A stretch of DNA of 32,000 nucleotides from Candidatus Saccharimonadota bacterium (GCA_023898645.1 CP060232.1:210001-242000); one strand, 5' to 3'. Counted from the first letter of the stretch, positions 17,352 to 26,355 are shown. Notes: a model not told the origin generated them from the letters alone. Numbers and translations are program-made.

Positions 17352-17378
17352 CTAGCACTCTTGACTCCGGAGTGCTAG
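17352..17378 (+). promoter_or_regulatory. CIRCE operator upstream of dnaJ
   Basis: CTAGCACTC-TTGACTCCG-GAGTGCTAG, a 9-N9-9 perfect inverted repeat that differs from the consensus only at the outermost base of each arm. Confidence 0.9.
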
Positions 17379-17389
17379 TTTACTATAGT
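17361..17389 (+). promoter_or_regulatory. dnaJ promoter, with -35 inside the CIRCE spacer
   Basis: TTGACT (17361-17366), 17-nt spacer, TATAGT (17384-17389). The ATG is only 8 nt downstream. Confidence 0.65.
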
Positions 17390-17397
17390 GGATACAG

Positions 17398-18504
17398 ATG
17401 ACAAAACGTGATTATTACGAAGTTCTAGGCATCGGCAAAAGCGCTTCGGCCGATGAAATCAAAAAGGCTTTTCGCAAGGCTGCGGTTAAACATCACCCCG
17501 ACAAAGAGGGTGGTGATGAAACGAAATTCAAAGAAATAAACGAAGCCTACGAAGTGCTCAAAGACCAGCAGAAACGCCAACGGTATGACCAGTTCGGTCA
17601 TGCTGGAGTTGGTGGTTCAAGCGGCGGCGGTGGCGGAGGCGGTAATCCCTTTGAGGGCTTTGGTGGATTTGGCGGTCAAAACGTTCATTTTGATTTTGGT
17701 GATGGTGGTTTAGGCGATATGTTCGGTCAGTTCTTTGGGGGCGGGCAGCAGCAACAGCACGGCCCGCGACGCGGACGCGATGTAGAAACGAGCATGACGT
17801 TAACATTTGATGAAGCTGTATTTGGTGTTGAACGCGACGTCTCGCTCGACATGGAAGTCGAGTGCGAGCACTGCAAAGGCACGACGGTAGAGCCCGGTCA
17901 TAGTTTGAAGACTTGTCCGACATGTCAGGGTAGCGGTCAGCAGGTACGAATTGTTAATACGGTTTTTGGTCAGATCCAACAAGCAACAACTTGTGCGGAG
18001 TGTAAGGGCCGAGGTCAGATTCCAGAGAAAGTTTGTAGCGTCTGTCGTGGCAAAGGGACTCAACGCAGCAAAGAGCAGCTAACAATTAAGATTCCAGCTG
18101 GTATAGATGACGGTGCGACGATACGATTACAAGGTCACGGCGAGGCAGCTGGTGGCGGTGGTCGGGGCGATTTGTACGTACATATTAGAGTTAAGGCTCA
18201 CAAAAAGTTCACACGCGAAGCAGACATTATATTGTCCGAAGAGCATGTCGACATGGTAGAAGCCGCACTGGGTACAGAGATCGAAGTCGACACGGTAGAT
18301 GGTATGGTCCGTATGAAAGTGCCGTCTGGCACGCAGAGCGGAACAGATTTTAAACTTTCAGGTCACGGCGTACCGCACTTACGCGGTCAGTCGCGTGGAC
18401 CGCACATTGTAACGATTGTCGTAGATACTCCGACGAAGCTGTCAAAGCAGCAGAAAGAATTGTTGCAGCAATTCGGTGGCTCCAAAAAACGTGGCATATT
18501 TTAG
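17398..18504 (+). CDS. dnaJ: Molecular chaperone DnaJ (Hsp40)
   Basis: 368 aa. J-domain with HPD, G/F-rich region, four CxxCxGxG zinc-finger motifs ([32 protein letters not shown]). Confidence 0.97.
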   Translation: MTKRDYYEVLGIGKSASADEIKKAFRKAAVKHHPDKEGGDETKFKEINEAYEVLKDQQKRQRYDQFGHAGVGGSSGGGGGGGNPFEGFGGFGGQNVHFDFGDGGLGDMFGQFFGGGQQQQHGPRRGRDVETSMTLTFDEAVFGVERDVSLDMEVECEHCKGTTVEPGHSLKTCPTCQGSGQQVRIVNTVFGQIQQATTCAECKGRGQIPEKVCSVCRGKGTQRSKEQLTIKIPAGIDDGATIRLQGHGEAAGGGGRGDLYVHIRVKAHKKFTREADIILSEEHVDMVEAALGTEIEVDTVDGMVRMKVPSGTQSGTDFKLSGHGVPHLRGQSRGPHIVTIVVDTPTKLSKQQKELLQQFGGSKKRGIF

Positions 18505-18511
18505 AATTTAG

Positions 18512-18540
18512 TTGATGAAAATACAAAAATAGCCTATAGT
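18512..18540 (+). promoter_or_regulatory. Putative promoter for the 18582 gene
   Basis: TTGATG, 17-nt spacer, TATAGT. Confidence 0.45.
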
Positions 18541-18581
18541 TTCACTAAGTGACACAGTCACTCGAGTGAGAGGATAGGGAC

Positions 18582-18920
18582 ATGCTGAAAACAGGACCGC
18601 GGACGTTTGCGACTGTAGTTGTGACCGTCTTGGGCCTTTGGCTTTTTGGCTGGTTGTTCGGTTTTTTCGGTTTATTGATTGCATTGATCGTTGTTGGTGG
18701 AGTGACCATCGGAGCTATTTCATGGAAAGCCGGTGGTAGTAGCCAAAAAGAACATGACACATCAATGAATCGGCTTCCAGGAATCGATAAACCTGCCAGG
18801 GAATGGGCGTCTGATTTAGATGAATATGAATTTCCGCCACTTCCTGATATGCCAGAAGATTTTAAGATCAATGTGGCCGAAAATCAGCCCGAAGATACTC
18901 CCACCGAAACCCCACAGTAG
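18582..18920 (+). CDS. Small two-TM membrane protein with acidic C-terminal tail, hypothetical
   Basis: 112 aa. GAGG SD. Helices VVVTVLGLWLFGWLFGFFGLLIALIVVGGVTIGAI. Confidence 0.6.
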   Translation: MLKTGPRTFATVVVTVLGLWLFGWLFGFFGLLIALIVVGGVTIGAISWKAGGSSQKEHDTSMNRLPGIDKPAREWASDLDEYEFPPLPDMPEDFKINVAENQPEDTPTETPQ

Positions 18921-18942
18921 GTCAGCCCTACTGTGGGGTTTT
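18910..18942 (+). terminator. Rho-independent terminator
   Basis: CCCCACAGTAGG-TCAGC-CCTACTGTGGGG perfect 12-bp stem that includes the stop codon, followed by TTTT. Confidence 0.85.
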
Positions 18943-18993
18943 ACCCCAAATTTTGAATTCATTAGTCTTATGTTTACATAGACTGAAATATAG

Positions 18994-19022
18994 TTGAAAT
19001 CTTGACTATAAAATAGTATAAT
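18994..19022 (+). promoter_or_regulatory. Putative promoter for the 19033 gene
   Basis: TTGAAA, 17-nt spacer, TATAAT. The ATG is 10 nt downstream of the -10. Confidence 0.55.
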
Positions 19023-19032
19023 AACAGATGTC

Positions 19033-21702
19033 ATGTGGGATTCTATCCGATTGTCCACGGTCGGCGGTTTTACTTTACGCAAGATTGCCCTGCTGTTAAT
19101 GGCCGTATTGACGTCGGCCGTGTTCATGGCAGCCACGAATAGTCCCACTTCTTTTGCGGTAAACGCTAGCTGGAATGGCGATTCAATTAGCTATAACGGC
19201 AATACTTACGACAAGGTACAATCGCCGCCAACACTGCCTGGTGTTCCAATAAATTGGAATGTTTATTCTACGCAACCAACAGGTGGGCAGGATGTGTCAA
19301 TCATTGCGATTGATCCTAGCGCAGACACGACCAAAGACGTTTCCAACGCTAAGTCATTTACATACAGTTATGATGGTCAGATATACAGTAATCCGCGTCC
19401 GCCAAATGGAGACATGATTACCGTTAGTGCCAATACAAGTGGCGCCAATGGTGATGCAAGCTCTAGTAACAGCCAGAATCACACATCCTGCGCCGTGACT
19501 GGTGTAGGCTGGATTATTTGTAGCGTATCTCGATGGATTGCCGATGGCATGGATCATGTCTTCAATCTCATCAGTGGTTTTTTGACTGTCCGACCACTAA
19601 CTACAGATACAAATAGTGGCATGTATCAGGCGTGGACGATTGCTCGCAATCTGGCTAACACATCATTTATCGTGGCGTTTTTAGTGATTATTTATGCTCA
19701 GATATCTACGTATGGCATAAGTAATTACGAGCTTAAAAAGATGATTCCGCGCCTTATCATAGCCGCGATTTTAGTCAACGTGTCATATTACATTTGTACG
19801 GTAGCCGTAGACGTGTCGAATATTTTAGGCGACAGCGTACAGCAAGCATTGGTGCAAATTCGTCAATCATTACCGGCAGCGATGCCTGGTGGCAGTGTAT
19901 TGAACTGGAAGAGCATGACAGAGTTCCTGCTGAGCGGTGGTACGGTGGTGGGCGCCGGACTTGCCGGATTTGCTGCGTTTACTGGCGCAACCGTAGCTGG
20001 GTCTATGACGGGCTTGGTTATCTTGCTGTTTCCTATCTTGATTGCAGGCATCTTGAGTGTGCTCGTGGCGCTCATCGTATTGGCCGCACGACAGGCGCTG
20101 ATTACTGTGCTCGTTATTATTTCGCCACTAGCTTTTGTCGCCTTTTTGCTCCCTAACACTGAGAAGTTTTTTGAACGTTGGCGTAAATTGCTCACTACTT
20201 TGTTGTTGGTATTTCCGATGTTTTCGTTGTTGTACGGCGGTTCACAATTAGCGTCGTATATTGTCATTCAAAACACCGACCAAATCAGCGTTATGTTGTT
20301 AGCGATGTTTATACAAGTTGCACCGTTGGCGCTCACGCCGTTTTTGATACGCTTTAGCGGATCGCTCATGGGGCAGTTGGCAGGCATGCTCAACAAGCCA
20401 AGGAGCACACTGGTTGGACAGGCAAAGAACTTTGCGCAAGACCGCTCCAAGACTCAGGCTGCAAAGGGCCGAATTGCAGCTGCAAACGGCGGCGGTACGT
20501 ATTTCCAGCAACGTGCCCTCAGGCGATTTAATGATCAAAAAGATCGTGATGCATGGCAAAAGAGCGGCGAAGCGTATGCTGATGCCTCGTGGCACAACGA
20601 CAAGCGCTACCGTCGTCACCACACGATATCATCGACAGCGAATCTCATGAAAGAGAGTGGCGAGGCGATTGCTACTCGCGAGTTTGAACATGAGAAGGCG
20701 CACGATAGGCGACTACAGAAGTTTTCGGGAGTTAAGCGTTTGGAAGATTCTCGCGTTAAGCAATTGCAGGCTGCCGACAATGCTCGCTGGGAAGAAGCCG
20801 TTACTGGCAAAGTGAATCCGAACGATGCTTCTCAGCCATATGCAGCTTACTCTCAAGCAGCGCATACGGTATTTAGAGAACAGCGTATTGCCGACAGTAA
20901 CGCCGCCCGAGCACAGGCCGTACAGCAGCGTGAGTACGCTAACGAACTAACTTCAAACGTTGCATTGCAGCAATTAGCCGGCGGCAGTATAGACAAACTT
21001 GGTGCAGTTAAGGTCAAGGCGCAAGCAATGAGTGAAGTAATTCAAGCCAGTCAGCAAAATGTCGAGTCCATCAAAACCGCGTCTCATGTGAAAGCTGGTG
21101 ACATCAATGAAATGCGTAAAGAATTCGACAAGGCGGTTAGAAGGCAGGACGTCGACTCGCTACGTGCCTACGCCGACATGCTGGGTAATTCCAAGGATCC
21201 GGGTATTAGAGAGTTACGTAAAGCGCTTAATGATCATCATGCCGATATCAAATCATCAGATATGCACGAGACATTTATGCACTTCCTTAGCAATAACGGA
21301 AATATTAATAACTCCGCCAAGGATATCGGCGATTATAGCCGTGACGTTGCAGCGGGCTACCGCAAACTGAGCGAAGTCAGTTCTAGCGCGAAGACGTGGA
21401 AAAACATGGATGCCAATCAGTTTGCCGCCCAGAAGGCATCTTCACAGGTGGAGGCGCTTAAAGCGAGGGACGACAATGGTAACTGGGCAATTTCGCGCAG
21501 TACGGCTGTCGACCTGATGAAGTCTGTATCTTGGGAAAACATTAAGACAGACATGAAGCCGTTGATACGGGCGCGTGCCGAGGGGCGCTTGGCCGTTAAT
21601 GTTCGTACGGGTGATCTTGATCCGCGTAGAATGGAACAGCGAGACGACACCATGAATCCGCCAGATCAACAAATTCCAGACTCTATGGTGCCACCAGAGT
21701 AG
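19033..21702 (+). CDS. Large polytopic membrane protein, VirB6/TrbL/TcpH-like (putative type IV secretion channel component)
   Basis: 889 aa. Signal-like N-terminus, ~150-aa extracytoplasmic domain with a Cys pair (SCAVTGVGWIICS), ~7 TM helices (approx 19645-20370), and a ~440-aa charged helical C-terminal domain. The call rests on architecture only. Confidence 0.4.
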   Translation: MWDSIRLSTVGGFTLRKIALLLMAVLTSAVFMAATNSPTSFAVNASWNGDSISYNGNTYDKVQSPPTLPGVPINWNVYSTQPTGGQDVSIIAIDPSADTTKDVSNAKSFTYSYDGQIYSNPRPPNGDMITVSANTSGANGDASSSNSQNHTSCAVTGVGWIICSVSRWIADGMDHVFNLISGFLTVRPLTTDTNSGMYQAWTIARNLANTSFIVAFLVIIYAQISTYGISNYELKKMIPRLIIAAILVNVSYYICTVAVDVSNILGDSVQQALVQIRQSLPAAMPGGSVLNWKSMTEFLLSGGTVVGAGLAGFAAFTGATVAGSMTGLVILLFPILIAGILSVLVALIVLAARQALITVLVIISPLAFVAFLLPNTEKFFERWRKLLTTLLLVFPMFSLLYGGSQLASYIVIQNTDQISVMLLAMFIQVAPLALTPFLIRFSGSLMGQLAGMLNKPRSTLVGQAKNFAQDRSKTQAAKGRIAAANGGGTYFQQRALRRFNDQKDRDAWQKSGEAYADASWHNDKRYRRHHTISSTANLMKESGEAIATREFEHEKAHDRRLQKFSGVKRLEDSRVKQLQAADNARWEEAVTGKVNPNDASQPYAAYSQAAHTVFREQRIADSNAARAQAVQQREYANELTSNVALQQLAGGSIDKLGAVKVKAQAMSEVIQASQQNVESIKTASHVKAGDINEMRKEFDKAVRRQDVDSLRAYADMLGNSKDPGIRELRKALNDHHADIKSSDMHETFMHFLSNNGNINNSAKDIGDYSRDVAAGYRKLSEVSSSAKTWKNMDANQFAAQKASSQVEALKARDDNGNWAISRSTAVDLMKSVSWENIKTDMKPLIRARAEGRLAVNVRTGDLDPRRMEQRDDTMNPPDQQIPDSMVPPE

Positions 21703-21732
21703 AGTTATAAGAAGAATTGACTTAGTAAAGCT

Positions 21733-22194
21733 ATGAATATACACTCTGATGGTATGAAAAACGGTAGTCAGCAACTTGTGTTTGGCTCGTTTGAACCGGT
21801 GGTGCTACCGGGATTTTCGCCAGACACATTTATTGCCAAGATCGACACTGGTGCGTTCTCTGGCGCAATCCACTGCTCGCTACTTCGTGAAGTTAAAGTT
21901 GGTAGCCACACAGTTTTGCACTACCGTCCGTTAACATGCAAAAAGACATTAAAAACCGAAAACTACACTCGCAAATACGTACGTAGTTCGACTGGTCATC
22001 GAGTTAGCCGCTATCTGATAGAGACTGACATTGTGGTTCAGGGCAAGACATATAAAGTAAAAATCGGGTTATCGAATCGGGCCGACATGCAGTACGAAAT
22101 ACTTATAGGCCGACGCTTCTTGCGAGAAAACGGGATTATAGTAGACGTGCGTGAAAACAGAGAACTTGATAAAGAGGAACAGTCACAATTATGA
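21733..22194 (+). CDS. RimK-associated retropepsin-like aspartic protease (ATP-dependent zinc protease / DUF785 family)
   Basis: 153 aa. KIDTGA (D-T-G-A) motif and ILIGRRFL C-terminal motif. 4-nt ATGA overlap with rimK. Confidence 0.8.
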   Translation: MNIHSDGMKNGSQQLVFGSFEPVVLPGFSPDTFIAKIDTGAFSGAIHCSLLREVKVGSHTVLHYRPLTCKKTLKTENYTRKYVRSSTGHRVSRYLIETDIVVQGKTYKVKIGLSNRADMQYEILIGRRFLRENGIIVDVRENRELDKEEQSQL

Positions 22195-23102
22195 AAATCG
22201 CAATTTTATCTAACGGAAACGGCAATTATTCGACCAAACGATTGGTTGAGGTTGCTCGCGCCCGTGGTCACGAAGTTAAAGTAATTAAATATCGTGATTG
22301 TTATGCTTCTATAGAAAAAAATAATCCTACTGTTAGTTATCGAGGTAATGACTTGGGTGGATTTGATGCAGTGATTCCACGGATTTCTGCCAGCATGACA
22401 CGGTACGGCTCGGCAATTGTTCGTCAGCTCGAAATGCAGGGCGTATACAGCGTGTCGAGTTCAATCGCGATTGTTCGTGCGCGCGACAAATTACGTAGTT
22501 TGCAACTACTCGCCAAGGCCGGAGTGGGTATTCCGAAAACTGTCGTCTCACGAAACTCAACTGACATAGACGACTTGCTCGACAAACTTGGCGGTACGCC
22601 GGTAATCATCAAGCTTGCTCGTGGTACTCATGGCAACGGCGTGGTCTTAGCAGAAAGCAAGAAGGCAGCTAAGTCAGTATTGCAGGCATTTTATCTGACT
22701 AACGAAGACGGTACGAATATTTTGTTGCAAGAGTTTATCAAAGAATCGGCCGGTACGGACATTCGTGCTTTTGTAGTGGGTGGACGTGTCGTTGCAAGTA
22801 TGCAGCGTCGCAGTTTGGACGATGATTTTCGTTCGAATCTTCACAAGGGCGGTGAGGGTACTCCGGTAAAATTGACGGATGAAGAACGCAAGACTGCTAT
22901 AAAGGCGGCGAGAGCGCTCGGATTAAACGTTGCCGGTGTCGATTTAATGCGTAGTGAACGAGGACCGCTTGTACTTGAAGTAAATGCGAGCCCAGGCTTT
23001 GGCGTCGAAAAGGTAACTAGTCGCGACGTCGCGACGGCAATTATTGAATATGTAGAAATGAACGCCAAGCGCCGCAACAAAAAGGACAAAGTAGGGGCAT
23101 AG
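22191..23102 (+). CDS. rimK: Ribosomal protein S6 L-glutamate ligase RimK (ATP-grasp)
   Basis: 303 aa. MKIAILS..., ATP-grasp motifs (PVIIKLARGTHGNGV, DIRAFVVGGRVVA, VAGVDLMRS...VLEVNASPG). Confidence 0.9.
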   Translation: MKIAILSNGNGNYSTKRLVEVARARGHEVKVIKYRDCYASIEKNNPTVSYRGNDLGGFDAVIPRISASMTRYGSAIVRQLEMQGVYSVSSSIAIVRARDKLRSLQLLAKAGVGIPKTVVSRNSTDIDDLLDKLGGTPVIIKLARGTHGNGVVLAESKKAAKSVLQAFYLTNEDGTNILLQEFIKESAGTDIRAFVVGGRVVASMQRRSLDDDFRSNLHKGGEGTPVKLTDEERKTAIKAARALGLNVAGVDLMRSERGPLVLEVNASPGFGVEKVTSRDVATAIIEYVEMNAKRRNKKDKVGA

Positions 23103-23108
23103 ATAGTT

Positions 23109-23561
23109 ATGCGACGGTGGGTGAAGCCAGGTTTAATCACACTTGCCGTAATTGCTGGCGTGACTGCTCTTTGGTGGCAGATGTCAGTTGATCAGTCGAC
23201 GTTACGACTAGACGGCGTCCTGTATCACATCAGTATTATGCGAACTAAGGCGGAGCTTGAAAAGGGATTGTCGGGTACGGACAGCCTAGCTCAGGGCGAA
23301 GCAATGTTGTTTGTTTTTCCGGAAAACACAGTGCCAAGGATGTGGATGAAAGACATGAAATATCCAATCGATATGGTGTGGTTGAACGATGCAACGCAAG
23401 TTGTCCATGCAGTAGAGAACGCCCAGCCTTCGAGTTATCCAAAGACTATTTTTGTGTCGCCCGTACCTGCACGTTACGTGATTGAGTTTCCGGCGGGTAC
23501 TGTTGAAAAAGTCGGCATCAAAAATGGTGACCCCGTCGGTTTGCCTTCGGGCGTTAGATAA
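23109..23561 (+). CDS. DUF192 (COG1430) family protein with N-terminal TM
   Basis: 150 aa. MLFVFP...MWMKDMKYPIDMVWL...YVIEFPAG pattern typical of DUF192. Confidence 0.75.
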   Translation: MRRWVKPGLITLAVIAGVTALWWQMSVDQSTLRLDGVLYHISIMRTKAELEKGLSGTDSLAQGEAMLFVFPENTVPRMWMKDMKYPIDMVWLNDATQVVHAVENAQPSSYPKTIFVSPVPARYVIEFPAGTVEKVGIKNGDPVGLPSGVR

Positions 23562-23618
23562 ATTGCGAAACTTTGACTTGCATGCAACGACTTTGTCTCC
23601 TTGGAGTATAATGTAAGC

Positions 23619-24092
23619 ATGAGCATCGTCTTAGTTCTCATTATAATCATCGCGATACTTTTTGCTTTTACATATGTGACACGTCGACGATTTGGCGTAC
23701 TTGGTCTGGCGCTTTGTGCTGGCTATCTGCTTTCGACCATGTGGACGTCGCAGGTGACACCGTGGGTCGAAGGAGCTGGTTTTGATTTATTAACCCCTCC
23801 ACTTTCAAGTGTAGTCGCCGCCACCCTTGTATTGCTGCCACCGGTAGTTTTGCTTTTGTTTGGCGGGCCTACATATAATGGTCCGTTTCTTCGGCTTATC
23901 GGCGCCGTGGCATTTTCTTTACTGGCAACGTCTTTCTTGCTCGGACCGCTCGGTAGCAGTTTGACGCTCGACGACACTGGCATGAAAATTTACATGTTTC
24001 TGGTTAGTAACAAGTCGATTATTATCACGGCAACAATTGGGTATGCGCTGTACGACATCGCAATTATGCGAACACCAAAGAAAAAGGGTTAG
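23619..24092 (+). CDS. Polytopic membrane protein, hypothetical
   Basis: The track gives a TTG start at 23601. I prefer ATG 23619 (MSIVLVLIIII...) because TATAAT at 23607-23612 sits 6 nt upstream. 4-5 TM helices. Confidence 0.6.
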   Translation: MSIVLVLIIIIAILFAFTYVTRRRFGVLGLALCAGYLLSTMWTSQVTPWVEGAGFDLLTPPLSSVVAATLVLLPPVVLLLFGGPTYNGPFLRLIGAVAFSLLATSFLLGPLGSSLTLDDTGMKIYMFLVSNKSIIITATIGYALYDIAIMRTPKKKG

Positions 24093-25054
24093 TTTGCCGG
24101 GTTGGCGTCGTTCATTAGTCGGTCAAGCATAGCCATGCGTATATAAAGACCATTGCCGGCTTGACGGAAATATTTTGCTCGTGGGTCATCGTCGACTTCG
24201 GTTGAGATTTCGTCAACACGGGGAAGTGGGTGCATGATTATGGCGTGTTCGGGCAATACGTCAAGCGCGGCTGCCCCTATGCGGAATTGCGCCTGCTTGA
24301 GACTAAGTTCTTGTTGGCTTAACTCGATGCCGCTACTCTTAAGGCGTTCTAGTTGCAAACGAGTCCAGTATACAACGTCAGCGTCTCTGAACGCGTCATA
24401 CATTTCTGCTGTTTCTTGGTGCGCGACGCCAGCTTCGTCAAGCCTTGCCTTGATGTCTTTGCCTATCTGAAGTTCGGGTGTGGAAACGAATGTTATACGG
24501 TTTCCGTGATATTTCGAAAGTAAAACGGCAAGTGATCGTGCGGTTCGTCCTTGAAGTAAATCGCCGCCTATGACCACGTTGAGATTGTCCAGCTTGCCAA
24601 GTTCAGAGTTGATCGTGTACATGTCGAGTACTGCTTGGGTCGGGTGTTCACCTTTGCCGTCGCCACCGTTCAAGATGGGGACGTTGCTTACACTGGCAGC
24701 ACGGTCGGCATGACCTTCTTCTTTGGTGCGCAGACTAATGGCATCTATGCCGTATTCGTTGAAAACACGTACCGTGTCTTCAATAGTTTCACCTTTTGCC
24801 GCCGAAGAAAACTCAGCTGCGTTTTCGGTTCCGATGACTTCCATGCCTAGTTTTTTGGCGGCGATTTCAAAACTAAATCGTGTACGAGTGGACGGTTCAT
24901 AAAACATAGACAACATCATGCGGCCAAAATGACGGCGCATTGTATCTCGCTTTGTTTCGATACTGTTATCGTTTTGTCTGAAGTAGTCGGCTCCTTCAAA
25001 CAGCTCGGATAACTGGGCCGTGTCAAATTGCTCGGCGCGTAAAATGTGTCGCAT
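24089..25054 (-). CDS. pyrB: Aspartate carbamoyltransferase catalytic subunit
   Basis: 321 aa. GGAGGA SD. STRTR, HPTQ and HPLPR motifs; HPLPR rather than HCLP distinguishes ATCase from OTCase. Confidence 0.9.
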   Translation of the reverse strand: MRHILRAEQFDTAQLSELFEGADYFRQNDNSIETKRDTMRRHFGRMMLSMFYEPSTRTRFSFEIAAKKLGMEVIGTENAAEFSSAAKGETIEDTVRVFNEYGIDAISLRTKEEGHADRAASVSNVPILNGGDGKGEHPTQAVLDMYTINSELGKLDNLNVVIGGDLLQGRTARSLAVLLSKYHGNRITFVSTPELQIGKDIKARLDEAGVAHQETAEMYDAFRDADVVYWTRLQLERLKSSGIELSQQELSLKQAQFRIGAAALDVLPEHAIIMHPLPRVDEISTEVDDDPRAKYFRQAGNGLYIRMAMLDRLMNDANPAN

Positions 25055-25133
25055 GTTTCCTCCGTGATTTTTGTCTATTTTAGTGGGTCAGAGGGCTGGG
25101 CGCAAGCTGCAAATACAAAAGCGTTACGCGCAC

Positions 25134-26120
25134 TTAGCGGCTAACTATTAGTTCGGCAGGATTTTGCGTATCGTTCCATGTAATCGTCGACAAATCTTCG
25201 GTAGTTTTAATGCCATCCTGCATAGTCGGATTACCGCGGGTTAAAACGGCGATGGCGTACTTACCCTTGGTATAGCCGATACTGTTGATTGTCCAGTCGT
25301 CAGTATCGGAATATGCGTTTGCAGTAAAGGCGTCTGGAAACCAGCCGTTTTTAAGTTTGACCGGCATATCGCTTGGGACGCCGCCGCTCACACCCCAGCG
25401 TTGATCTGGTACGACATTGTCCATTAGCTCATTTGCCACTGTGCCGGACTCGACCGAGAGGGGTGATAATGGGGTGCCCGCATAGGCAACGGCGTTTACC
25501 ACCTTTAGTTGATCGATGGCTGTTGTTTGCGTGTTTCCCCAGTTGCCACCTGTAGCTGCGGTAGTCGAAACCGCGCCGATTTGATGCCAGTAATCGTCCA
25601 TAGCAGGTGCATCACCAACTTCGTTCCACAAAATCGAGGCGGCATCGTTGTCGCTATTTTCAATCATTTCGGCAGCGATTGCCTTTTGATTGGGCGTTAT
25701 AGGCTGTCCACTTGTCTGACTTTGTAAAAGTAAATTCTCGAGAGTCGAAAGTTTAACGATACTTGCAGTATCAAATGTCGCACCGTCGGCCTCTTTTGGG
25801 TAATGGGTATGAGCAACTTGTCCTGTCGTAAAGTCATAGGCGGCGATGTCAACTTCGCCCACGTGATTGTTTAGGTAGGTGTCCCAATCTTTTTCAAGCA
25901 GGTTAGCGAAATCAGGACGCTGTAAGACAATATACGGTTGATTGTTTGTGTCCGCAGAAGCGACAGGCACGATAGAAAGGTGGAAATTTTTGTCCGGTTG
26001 ATCGCCGCATGCTATTAACGCGGTACTAGCTAGGCTAATTATCGCAGCAGTGTATTTTAGTTTATTTACGTTGTAGTTGGAACGCTCTGCACCTGTGTTC
26101 ATTAAGTAATACTTTAGCAT
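25134..26120 (-). CDS. Class A beta-lactamase-fold serine hydrolase, putative lipoprotein
   Basis: 328 aa. Lipobox LIAC-G. S-x-x-K (ASIVK), SDN (ENSDND), and KNG in place of KTG. The start is ambiguous between 26120 and 26102. Confidence 0.6.
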   Translation of the reverse strand: MLKYYLMNTGAERSNYNVNKLKYTAAIISLASTALIACGDQPDKNFHLSIVPVASADTNNQPYIVLQRPDFANLLEKDWDTYLNNHVGEVDIAAYDFTTGQVAHTHYPKEADGATFDTASIVKLSTLENLLLQSQTSGQPITPNQKAIAAEMIENSDNDAASILWNEVGDAPAMDDYWHQIGAVSTTAATGGNWGNTQTTAIDQLKVVNAVAYAGTPLSPLSVESGTVANELMDNVVPDQRWGVSGGVPSDMPVKLKNGWFPDAFTANAYSDTDDWTINSIGYTKGKYAIAVLTRGNPTMQDGIKTTEDLSTITWNDTQNPAELIVSR

Positions 26121-26322
26121 AAAAGTGATTAATTTACAATGGTATCGAAGGTGTTAGAGCGTCTGTTGAGCAATAAACTAAATTAATCTTTGCAAAATAA
26201 AAAACACCGACTGGTAGCGATTCCTTGAGTCGATGTTTCTTAAGTTTTAATTTTAACATAAAATAAGTTATATGTAAATTATTAAGGCTATCGGCTAAAG
26301 TCTCCTTATTTTACTCGTTCAA

Positions 26323-26355
26323 GAAAAAACACCTACGCGAGGTAGGTGATTTTTC
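26323..26355 (-). terminator. Rho-independent (bidirectional-looking) terminator after tRNA-Lys
   Basis: CACCTAC-GCGAG-GTAGGTG 7-bp stem (26330-26348), flanked by an A6 run and ATTTTT. Confidence 0.75.

Noticed and set aside
18548-18569. AGTGAC-ACA-GTCACT hairpin and the CACTCGAGTG palindrome after dnaJ as a third, spacer-less CIRCE-like operator
   Set aside because: It lacks the 9-nt spacer and the outer TTAG/CTAA bases of CIRCE. It is short enough to be chance, and it lies in the 5' UTR of an unrelated small membrane-protein gene.
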